NCBI GenBank assembly: GCA_012295275.1
Contig: CM022671.1
Span: 13,144,001-13,208,000, forward strand
Length of the DNA stretch: 64,000 bases
Source: Chrysomallon squamiferum
Taxonomy: Eukaryota > Animalia > Mollusca
Reading direction: 5' to 3'
The notes under the pieces were generated by a model. The model had not been told where the DNA came from. It ran no database searches and saw only the letters and a list, made by a program, of their open reading frames with translations. A program made the position numbers and the translations under genes. Within the stretch, counting starts at the first letter, position 1. Each line of letters starts with the position of its first letter. Below, piece by piece: positions 15,670-27,940 of the stretch.

Positions 15670-15816
15670 AACGCCAGTGGACAAGGGTTATAAGAATGTG
15701 GAGGCAGCTAATAGTCCCGGAACCCATCCCTGGCGATCCCAGAGATCGGATCCGGGATAGGCGTGCCCGAACCTTGAATTGGACGTGGGCACGTAAAAAG
15801 AGTTATCCATCCATCC
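15670..15816 (+). mobile_element. GC/CpG-rich structured retroposon-like 3' end with (ATCC)3 tail
   Basis: Two hairpins (TCCCGGA 15715-15721 / TCCGGGA 15751-15757; CGTGCCC 15762-15768 / GGGCACG 15787-15793), then an A-rich linker and ATCCATCCATCC. Eight CpGs in ~80 bp. Confidence 0.55.
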
Positions 15817-18800
15817 AGTTGTTTGATGTATTGACAAGCACATCAAGTTCTGACTTGTCACATTATCTTAAATGGTCTGTCCATCATGATGATTTTTTTT
15901 TTTTAAATTACTGTATTTGGTTGTTCATTACTGCTGGTGTAGAATGATGTTAATTTTGTCTGTGTTAGCTTATTTTTTTAGTAGTTATTTTAAATTATTG
16001 TATTTTTTATTTTATTTTCATTTATTTATTATTATTTTCTTAATATGGTAGTGCATAGTTAACAATAAATTCATAATAAAGAATTTTTTAGCTGAGATGG
16101 ATAATGGCACTATTACTAATTATAAAAAGCTGTAAATGTTTGGAAGAGCAAATTGTAAAGTATTAGGATGAAAAGGAGGGTTTGTCAGGAGAAGAATTTC
16201 AGGAATAGAAGAAGCAGGCTTCTTATAGAATGAAAAAGTAGAACTGTAAGATATGAATGATATAAACTGATACTAATGAAAAGTTATTTCACACTAAATT
16301 TCTTTCCATTTTTAGAAAATGAAATAAGCCATTTTCATAGTTTTGAAAAATTCAGTAGCTAACAATATATATATATTTCAAATCCACTTCAGATGAATCA
16401 GTAAAAAGTTATACCCATGATAAATGACAAACATGCTTGAACTGTTTTCTGATGGAAGCATGATAAAAAAAAAAAAAAAATTATGCTTACCCGAACATCA
16501 TCAGTGTAAAAGAATGTTAAAAAAAGAAAGATTATTGTGAAGACCAAACATACAATACAGAAAAATGCTAAAATATTGTTACATTTATTGGTAAGTTAGA
16601 ACAAATATAATCATCTTTGAAATTTCAAAAAGATATTCTTATTAATGAAATTATATTCTCTAATGAAATGATAAAAAGGTGGTTTATTAAAAAAGATTAA
16701 GAATAATTTATCTTTTTTTTTTCATTTTATTATGTTTTATTAGTATTACACACTGAGATATAAACTGAACTGATTTTTGTTAAACTAATGCTTATTTCCC
16801 ATACCAGTATTTATGTATAATGATGTCATGTGCTGTTCTGTTGAGGGAAAAGTTTAAAAATCATGATGCACCAAATAATTTGTTTGATAACTAACTTAGT
16901 CTATAACAACTAATTTTTGAAGTAAAATATTTTTAAATAGTAGTTGTATTCATTTCTGACATTCTGAAAGAAAAGAGTATTTTATCCTTTTTAATTAATT
17001 TATTGTATATATCCAGATCACTTACCAGATCTACCTTTCTTCAGTATTATTGATAAATAACATTTATTTATATTTCCTGAACTTAGGTGTTGAAGCAATT
17101 TTTTTGTCAATCAACCATTTAGTATGTTTTGTCTTTTCACTTATTTCTTTTGTAACTCATTAGTTCAGATGACAAATGCAGTAATGAAAGGTGCAGTATC
17201 AACTTGCATTGTTGACTTTGTTACACAGCATTTTGTATCAAGGGATTATTTTGGACTACCTGCCTCTCTCTCATAGAGTTAATTTGATTCAGTTATTCAT
17301 TGCTAAAATGATAGTGATGTGGCTATAATCAGGTGAAAGCAAATTATTTCCAGTAAATATAGATCTGAGTAGGGAAATGAAGTATGGGGTTAGATTTATA
17401 GGCAAACAGTGCAAGACTGGCTAAGAAACTACCATTATATAGTCATTTAATCAATTGATCTCACTCTCTCACTATTTCTGCCTTACAACATATTGCACTT
17501 AATTTCATTTTTTACCTTTGAAACATAAAATCTGCAGTAGGGTCATAATGTCTGTATTAATGTTGATCCTTATTTTGCCATTCATGTGAATTACCTACAG
17601 CATGATCCCAGCATTGTGATATTGATAGGAAGAAAATCTCTCTATGGTGTGCTACAGTGGTCAAAAGCATGGTATTCATTGTTCACCACAAGTTTTCATT
17701 TTCACTGTGAAATCTTTGATAAAAAATAATTTAGTAGAAAGTGTAGCTGATGTTAATAAATGATACAGACTGATACACCAAGTGGAGGTGGGAAACTGGC
17801 TCTTGAATACTTTTCCATTCATCCCTGCTGGCTGACATTATTTGATATGTTCTGGATGGAGGCTTGATCACTGAAGCTCAACGGATGACAGAACACAGCT
17901 AACTGAGAGGACAGCCACTGATTTTTGTGTTCTTGTCTCCTGTGTTGAGTTACATGGATAGTGTGAAGCCTTCCATCAGGTAAGAAATGGTTGGGGTTTT
18001 ATAGATATCACAAATATTGACCTGTTAACATGATACTGTTCTGCAGGAGTAATTCTACTGTTTTATTTCAATTTAGCACACTCTTGCAAGAGATGCAGTT
18101 TTGTCACTTTCAGAATGTAATATGTAAATAAATATTATGTAAATACAAATAAATAGTTTAATGCAGGTTAGAAGATGGATTATATAAATCTCTTCCTTTC
18201 ACTAGGACAGAATAGGGAAAATCTTTATGAAATCTAGCCATATCAGGTTTATAGAAATAAAATCTCAAATATATATTTTAATGATTAAATGAATTCTATT
18301 AAATTATTTAAGTGTTATTTTCAAAATATCTTACATGAATATAACCTAATTTTTCAAAATAGTTTAAAAGCCTTTTTTTTTTTTTTTTTATAAATGTCCA
18401 CCATAAGAATGTAATTTAAAGTTAACTTAAATATCAAAAATATAAAACTGAAAATGTTTTATTTATGAAAAGGAATTAAAAAATATATGTTAAGTTTTTA
18501 CTAGTAAATTGTTTGTAAACCAACACCAGTTGTAAAAGATAGTTTATATTTTATACAGAATATACTTAAAATCTCTAAATTACTTTATGTTAAGTCTTTT
18601 ATGTCAAAATATTTCTAAACTCTGTAAATTGTATAATTTAACATGATTCTATCTTGTCTCTATTTTTCTTGGTCTTTATTTTGGGAGGTGTTCATCTAAT
18701 ACAGGAGTTATCTGTCATAAACAGCTTTCACAGGTCAGAACAAGTGGTGAGGTCATCAGTGAGGAGATTCCACATCCATAATTTTGTTTCTCCAATTAGA

Positions 18801-19684
18801 CATCTCATTATCTGACATTTTGACCCATGTTATTGATTTTTTTTTTTCTCTATTCACCTGCATGCTCCACAGTCTGCCAGTCCATTTCTAGCTCTTTTAA
18901 CCTCACAAATGATATTTAGCTAACTACAGAAACAGTTTTCAAAGACCACTTTTGCTTTCTTCAGCTCATGATGCCAACATCTTTATGTAAGTATAAAAGT
19001 TGATTTGCAGAAAGAAATTCATTCCCTTGTTAAACTAATACTGGGAATACAAATATGTATGTTTGGTAGTCTTGCTAATGGATGTGTGGCTTTCTTCATT
19101 GTTAAATTCAAAACATGGGATTACTGTTCATATTAAGTATCTCTATTTTTTCTGCAAGATTATCTATTTGATCTTACTACTTGATATTTATATTAATCTT
19201 GTTCAAAGTACCTTTTACATTTTCTTTATATAATTATTATAAAAAATGTTTTTCTTAAATGATATTGTGTTTTGAGAGTATTTGTGTATGTGTATTTGTA
19301 CATTAGTGTGATGCAGTAGATTTTTATTTATTTAGTTTTAAATTAAGAACAGAAATTTCATATTTATTAAGAAATAATATACTTGGGAAGCTCTATCCAG
19401 AGTGGAAATATATAATGTTGAAGTTTGATAACAATGTATTTTTACAAAGCTATAATTTGCTTTGAATTTTGATGATTGCAGTGAGCTAACCTGTTGTTTA
19501 CACTTGTTTCTGGCCTTTCCTCTGATCTTTAAAACATTCTACCTAATAAAATATGTTACCAGTTCAGCAGTAATTGTTGGTTAGATTTCCCATTCTGTTT
19601 GATAAGGCAGAGTTCAGTCTTGCATCTGTCACATATATTTTCACTTCCATTGTCATATTCTTTAAGTCGGGCCTGAATGTTGGG

Positions 19685-19757
19685 GAGTGAGCCATTGTCC
19701 AATGGACAAATACCTGGTGAGCAACTGTCCAGTAGGCAAATGTCTAATAAGCAAATG
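19685..19757. repeat. Degenerate ~15-bp tandem array (GAGCAAATGTCCAGT-like, 4-5 units), probably a MULE-type TIR end
   Basis: GAGCCATTGTCCAAT GGACAAATACCTGGT GAGCAACTGTCCAGT AGGCAAATGTCTAAT AAGCAAATGC. Confidence 0.6.
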
Positions 19758-19795
19758 CTTTGTTCTGTTTCTGTCTATATAGTGGAATTTTGGGG

Positions 19796-19836
<41 letters not shown>

Positions 19837-19848
19837 CATTATTATTAT
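19796..19848. repeat. (ATT)n microsatellite
   Basis: Read directly; it explains the poly-Leu ORF at 19677. Confidence 0.95.
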
Positions 19849-22800
19849 ATATTTATTTCGGATGTGTGTATGTGTGTATCTCTGTATGTCTGTGTGTGTG
19901 TGCTTGTGTTTTATGTTTGTATATATGTGAATGTACCAGTATGTATGTATATATTGATTTTATTTATTTATTTTTCTTCAAGTTTTATTAATTTTTATTG
20001 TTTTAATATTTCTGTTAATGGTGCTTTTACCAATTTTCTACTATTACACCATTAAAATGATTTTAAATAACATATACACATCCAAAATGTAACATTCTGC
20101 AGTAATGTAATGTAATTTTATCTGTTGGTCTTGTTTGTGTATGCTGTAACTTTATCTTCATAGAGAATTAATCAAACAATTGCAACTGTATTTTAGGACT
20201 TAATCACAGTGTCCTATTTGTTTCTGTGTTGTATATATATATATGTAGATAATAGGGTTTTGTGTAGTTGCTTTGCTTATTAATTGTTGAGTTCAGTCAA
20301 ATGAATTTTTTTCACATGCAGTTGCAGCTCATGATTTTAAATGTTTTCTTTTTTCTAATTATTAATTTCTAAAAATTTTAAATGTTTTATTTATTTATTT
20401 AATTATTATAATTATCTTCTCTTATACTGTCAACCAAACATTTTTTATAATGTATTGTTTTCATTCAGTTTTAATGTTTTCATTTTAATTAATAATCAAA
20501 ATTACATTATAATTATCTTTGAATATAATTTCAAATAAACATTTTTATATGTAAGTTGATTTTGCTGTCAAATCCAAGTTATTGTTTTTTGACAGTCCCT
20601 ATTTCCTGTTTAACTGACATTTTAAAAAGGTCAAAATAATGCTAGTAGGTGTTGCTATGCATACAAAAAAGGACATGTCATACATTTTCCATCTTGAAAT
20701 CACATCCTGCATTCTTCTAGCTCTGTTCTTGTTAGGTTGTTGATGTATGTGTTTAAAAGACCATATTTTCAATAAAGTTTTTATCTTGAACCTGAGTCTG
20801 TTATTCATTGTGTCATCCTAAGCTACGGTGCAAGTTATTTACAGGGACTGTTGGAATTAATTGTGTAGCTAGGTCTTCCCTCTAATTTTCATGGGAATTT
20901 CTGAAAAAACAGTAGTAAATCATTTTGTATATTACAATTAATGTTAATATGTTTTCATTTCTTTGTTTGTTTATTTATTGGTATGGCATTAGTCACTAAA
21001 GCAAGTTGATGTATTTATGTTTTTGACCTGTTTTCACTCAGTGTGGCTTTGATGGAAAATAATTTATGTTTTATTGTTTGACAGAAAGATAAATTGAAAA
21101 TAGCTTGTTGAACTTTAATAGGACAATTCCTTTAATCAATTAGACTAAAGATAAGATCTTATTGTTTTGGAAATTTTTATATTAATGTTAATTATTTCTC
21201 TTTTGGTTGTTTTTATTTTATTTTTTAAATTATATTCCATATTTATATTCATATGTGTCTGCTTAACCTTACTGTCATAAAAGATGCATTTTGTCATAAA
21301 ATAAATAAATAAATAAATATATATATATATACATAAGAATAGTTTCATAACCAAAGAGCCTCTGAGGAAAGTAGATTAAATTTTAAAAAATACAAATATA
21401 TGAAGGTAATGTTGTTGTTGGTGTCTACTGTTTATTAGTATTTAGTGACCACATACTGGATATCATATGTTTGGTCTTTGTGATATATGATACACAGGTT
21501 AAATCTCAGCACCTGGGCTATTAACTTCCATCACTCAGTGCCATGAATTTCTGCTGTGTACTCACCCTTTCATTTTGTGTTTAGCAATTCTTGTTTATAA
21601 ATAATTTTTTGTTCTCTAAGGAGAAGAAATAATTCTCCAAAACAATAAAAATGTTACAAACTGGTACCACTGAAAGAGCAATGGCTAATAGGGTTTTCTT
21701 GGTAGATCTATGTATGTGGATAATAAAATGAGGAGACAGCCTTTGTATCAGTATCCCTGAAAACTGAATAGTGTAAGGAAAATATTTCAAAGCAAATTTG
21801 GTGGGTAGGAGAAACTTAATTTGGAATAATTTTCCTTAGAAACATTAATGATTCACTACTCTAAATATTTTATTTGAAGTACCCTTTCAATTCCATGTCA
21901 TAATATGCAAATAAACCTCAAAAGTAGTCAGAGGTAAAAGGATTACCAATTTGGGGAATGGTACATTTTTTTAGAGATTTCAGCTTTGCCTCAAAATCAA
22001 TATGAACATTTGACACAATCAGGCATAGAAATGGATGAAAATTGTGTCAGAAAGATTTTGCTGCAATTTAAAGGTGCCCATTTTCAGCCATCTAAAAAGA
22101 TATTGAAACTGAAACAGAAGAGCCAAAGTCAGTTCTTGCAGAAATTGACACTTTTATGATAATACCAGCAGTAACACCAGCATAAAACTTAAATTACACT
22201 ACAATAACAATAAGTCTTACAAAGTGTTTATTACAAAGTGCTTGTCTATATTTTTGAGTAGTATAAACATGAAGCAGGCCCAAAGAGGTCAAAAGGTCAC
22301 CTAAATTGGGTCTTTCTGGAAATGTTCAGTGTTCAGCACATTAGCATCATATTTCTAGCCAGCCATTAAGATAATAAAACCTTTTGGGATATATTAATAT
22401 ATTTCTGTCAAGATAGTTTGACACACTCTGTTCTTAATTAGTATCATTAGGCCTTCTACCAGATAACTGTTTTAGATCATGACTTATCACAGCAGTAATT
22501 GTCCAACTGTCAATTGTATGCAATACCACAGTAAGAGGTACACGTGCTAAAAAAAAAAAAAAAAAAATGTTGTGGATTTTCTTAATTCTCGAATTCATCT
22601 AATTCAGAATAATCTGAATTATACTCCAATACCTTGTCACAGCCATCCTCTTTCTGAGTTATGTAGGTCTCTAACCAGAACATTATGAACCATTAAGATA
22701 GGATGATCCTAAAAAAATGTATTCCAATTTAAATTTCTCCTACTCCAAAAATTTGGCTCTCAATTTTTTCAATACATTATTTACTATTCAGGGTGAAAAT

Positions 22801-25800
22801 GACAGAAAGCTGCCCAGTACAAAAGACTATCACCTCATTTTATTATCTATATTCACAGACATATCAAGAAATTCTGGCCTGACTCATGAACTAGTATCAA
22901 TTGCTCACCAGTGTATTTACAAACATTTTTCTTCTCTATTCTGTGTTGTATATCTTTGTTATCTACATTTTGTCATTTGATTTTTAAAACCATTCTGGAC
23001 ATTTATGTGTTGCTTTATGATAACCACATAATTATATAATACATATATTAGAAGACTAGTATTCACATATTTATATCGGTTCAGTTTTTCCATATACAAA
23101 TTTGCATTGAAGAGTGTTGAAATATAAATCCTTTCTATGGCTGCCTGAAACCTGAAGATCTGACTGTCCTTCCATTAATACATATGGTAACATTAACTAT
23201 GGATTACTGCTGGCTTCTTCTCCAGATGAACTAGTTTAGATGTAAACTCAGTTATCAATAACAGTATTTCAGCTCATTTGTCCGAGTAATATTTGGTGGA
23301 TGTATGACTTTATGGTGATTTATAAGTGACTTTGATAATATTGTATATAGGAAAATGTTTCATATAAAATATTTATTAATGTTCTGTATAGAAAAATATC
23401 TTATGCAAAATATTTATTAATACTGTACAAAAGAAAGCAGTTCATAATAACAAGTTAATTATTTTTGTTGGCCAGTCAATATCAGTGTTTTCTGAATTAC
23501 AGAAATAATAACTTACTGAAGCTAATAATATTTAAAAAGATAAAATGAAGTATAAATAGGTACCTGTTTTTAATTAATCAGTTTATAGATTGGTATTTTT
23601 AACACAGAAATAGTATTCCATTAAATAAAATGAAAAACTAAAAGGTAAAGTTAAGTATAAATAGTCAATCATTTTTATTATTACTATTTTTAAAATATAT
23701 ATCTTTTATTCTTCTTTTTCTTAGAAATAAAATTCTGTCTTAAACTATTAATAAAAATATTTAATTTTTAACCGGTATATCAAAGAAGAAATCTCCAGCA
23801 TTCTAAAGATAGAACCAGCATTCCAACATTATCCTGCAAATGTTTTAAAAAAAGAGTAAAAGTATTTGAAGAATATTTTTGACTGAGTACATGTTTGTTT
23901 TAGCTTTCACTTAAGTGAAACTTGTGTCATGTTTTCAGTTGGCATGCTGTAAATGTGAAAGTTTAATATTAGACACACTCAGGGAGGCTAAAAAGTATGG
24001 CTTGAGATACATGAATAGTAGCTGGGAGGGTGTTAGTCCTTTCTGTGAGTGGATCTTCACGTTGTGATCGATAACAAGCATCATTCTATTCAAAAATTAC
24101 TTCCTCTCTTAATACAGTGCAAAATCAATAGGCTGGCAAATACTCATACAATATTGTAGAAAAATCAATTTGCCAAATTTTCCTTTGAGTGTGCTCGTTG
24201 AACATTGCATTTGTAGTTGATACATATCACAGTTGGGCAATGGAAGCATTCAAAACTCTTCATTTTCAACTGATGGGTCAATATAATTTCCCAGATAGGT
24301 TTCCTCAGATATGCTTTGACTTTATCTAGTCACACACTATTTGATTTGATTATTAAGCTAATGTTTTGCTTCAGTATTCAGCTGGTTGGATTTAAAAAGG
24401 TAACTAGTAGATCTGCAAATGATATCAACAGACTATAATTAGCCATTCAGTGCTATCAGGTTTTAAATATAAATGTAAGTTTGTTGAGCTCATTTAACGT
24501 TTGCACTGATTAAGTTTTTGTCTGTGGCTAACTGACCTTTTTGTTATTTACTAAACTGAATAAGAGATTAATCTGGAAAAATGTCAAAACAGTTTGATTG
24601 TAAGTTGCCCTTTAAATTAGTTGCAAAATTTAAACTAGACAAATTGGTATTATACATATCAATGAGAATTTGGACCAAACCAAGAATGTTTCAGTCTTGA
24701 TAAGAGAATTTTCAGATCATTTTTAAATACCATACTTATAACATTAGTTAAAATTGTAGACATTTTTTTGTCTGTAATGAATTTATCAATCATTTGATTA
24801 AAGAAATGAGAAGAAAATTTAATTTTTAAAGTTGTATTAAATAAGTCGGAATAGAATGCATAACTATGACTGATCAAAGAAATGTTTAATGAAAGTTAAT
24901 TTTTACAGAAAACTAATTATATATCATATTTATTATGTATGTGTTTGTGTAGATGAAGCTCATGACCAACATTCCATTAGTTATTCTTACTAACATTAAC
25001 TGCAAGTAATCATTTATATAAACCTTAACACTGACTGGAGAGAAAATAACACAGCCTTTGATACAGGGCATTAACTGGTTGAAATGCAAAATAACCTGAT
25101 GGGTATAATGAAAAGGATTGATCCAGTAACTTGTCACACCAGAGCCCTAATCAAAGAAATATGCTGAGATATAGTGTAGTGTTATTCAGACAGGTGTGTC
25201 AATTAAGTTGTACCTATGAAATGATTATCTTAACAGATTCATTGATAAACCTAGGCCATTTGGTCATGATTAATTTTCAGATGATCTGTCATTACTTTAG
25301 ACACATACAACTGACCACTTCCTTTTTGCACACCTGTGAAATCTATATTTCAAACAGTTACATCTTTTAATTGAATTCCAGTAATTCATATCCAAGACAC
25401 TTCTGTGACATTTACACCTAAGAGTGCATACCTGTAATGACAACCTTCTATTTTATAAGCTACAAACTGTATATTTCAGTTGGCATGTACATCTGATAAC
25501 TGAATACCTGTGATTCACATTCAAGACATTCCTTCAACATTTACTCATAACTATGATTTCTATGGTATTATAGATAAATGAACACTTGTAATTTTGGTAT
25601 CACATTCATACCTAAAAAATCACATAAATAATTCAACTAAGATATATTAACTTCATAAATTATATCATGTAGTAATATGTTATTGTTTGATACCTCTTTA
25701 AGTTGTAAATACATACAGACTGACACAATACTCTTTATTCTCTGTATGCTACAGCATTGGAGAAATATGTTATCACAATAATAATAATAATAATAATATC

Positions 25801-27940
25801 AATTATAGTAATAACAGAATATCACAAATATAGATCTAATAATACTATTAAATTTTGATCATCTTATTAATTTAAAAAAAGTGAGAATTTTTAAATAATC
25901 ATGCAGTTTCATCTGCAACTAACTTTCAGTGAGAAAATAAATACTATTTAATGTAGTGTCAAGACAATGTCTATATTTATTTTAATTGTTATAAATACTT
26001 AATTAATATATATATATATATAATAACAAATCACTGAACATTTAGCTAATTAATAAATATTTCCTTTTTCCAAAAAACAGAGTTAAATTTTTTGCTTGAT
26101 GATGCTCCTTAACCATCATTATTTATTAGGATTCTCATGCCATTGGTATTTAATCTCATTTTTTTGTGGATAATTTGCAACATTTATTTGCTAATGATTT
26201 CAGTTTTGTCATCAGATAAAAATAATAAGAGAACACCTTTAATAAAATTAGGAACAATAGGTTTCCAGTTTATCATTCTGCCTGGGGAATATTACAACAT
26301 ACCTAATCATTTAAAAATTATTGTAATATAAATGTCATTTTATTTTCAATAAACCATTTGTTTGCAGATGTCTGTCCACTTTCCATTGAATCATCTACCA
26401 CAATTGTTTTCATGTCTGCTGGGATGACACTAAGGGACTTTTTTTTATAATCATCACAGTATACCGTTTTAAAAACCTCAGGGTTGTTTTCTTATATATG
26501 ATTGGCTGCTAAAACAAAGAAACATTCTAACTGGCCAACTACAAGATGAAATGATCTGTCATGTTCATTAGCTTGTGACATTGCCCAAGGCAGTAATTAA
26601 TGAATTATTTGTTACATTGTATTGTTCAGTATTACATAATTTATATAGTGGAAGATAAGTTAAAACCTTGTGATGTGGATCAGCTGTCATGGTGTATCTT
26701 GGCTAGTCATTAATGGCAGAACACTTTTGTCAGAAGGTGTTTGTGCAGGTTAATTTTAATGAGATTTTCTGCAAAGATTTCTGCAATTAAAACTTTTCTT
26801 TACAAAACCAGGCGACACTGACCACTGACCCCCAGCACCATTCTGCTGTGTTGTCTATCATCAATCATTCATTTGTTTGATTTTATTTAGCTTCTTCTTG
26901 ATAAAGTTTTGATCCTGTTTACTCTTGAAGGTTAAATAATCTTATTAAACTAGTAATTTTTGTGTGTGTATGTAATCATAACATTGTCTAGTCTCTTTAT
27001 TTGAAATAGGGAAACTATAATGCAACAAACAAATCCATGGTTTTCATTGACATCTGCATGAATATAATTTCATTTAGGCAGCAAGGAAAGCACAGGGTCT
27101 GATGAAAAACAACCCAGGATTTTTGAAACTTTGGTCTTGCTATGATAAACATTTGTCATCAGGATTTTATAAGATACTTTCTCACTTATTTTGGTATGGA
27201 ATTATGTGGTATAATCTGTGTCACTAATGGCCTATTAGTATAATATATATATGTACACAGATACATATTGACATGCACACACATACATGCATACATATAT
27301 AGGGAATGTGATCTACAATTTAAAAGGTGATCTACAGCAAAAACAAATATCTAGGAAATTTCTATAATATGTAGTAAAATCCTTAAAGATACATACATAA
27401 GAATATCACATCCAGGCAAACTTCATTTCTGATAAGATACATGATTTTTTATTCATTCCCATAAATAGCCAGAAAAGAATCTGGTTGGATCTGAAAATTC
27501 ATATTTTGAAAAAGATGAGGAATGAACCAAAGAACCTTCCAAAGATCGGTTTATTAGTTCTATTGGCTACAGATGAGGAAGATTGCTGAAGGTCTTTTTC
27601 TTCCATTTGCTCAGTTGACTGATAAAATTTGAAATTTGTATACTTTTTTAGCCCTTGTTTCTATAAATAAAAGGAAAATTTGTTTCATTTATACTGTGAA
27701 AAAATAAGTATTTGTTTTAAGCCTTGCTCCTATAAATTATAAATGTACAATAAAAGGATTTTTGTTTTAATTTATGCCATTAAAAATGATAATAAAAAAA
27801 AACAAGAATAAACAAAATAATAATTTAAGTATGCTCATAGTTCACACACAAAAGTAGAATTTACTTGATAAGGTCAGTAGATTGCATAGATCAAATAGAT
27901 CACATGCCAAAGTAGCACCCATATATATATGTACATATAT

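Noticed and set aside
15645-15947. 100-aa Arg-rich ORF
   Set aside because: A by-product of the GC-rich repeat fragment; no splice signals or recognisable domain.
19685-19757. Short repeated units resembling a CRISPR array (also 57024-57070)
   Set aside because: Tandem with no unique spacers, no cas genes and a eukaryotic context; consistent with transposon subterminal repeats.
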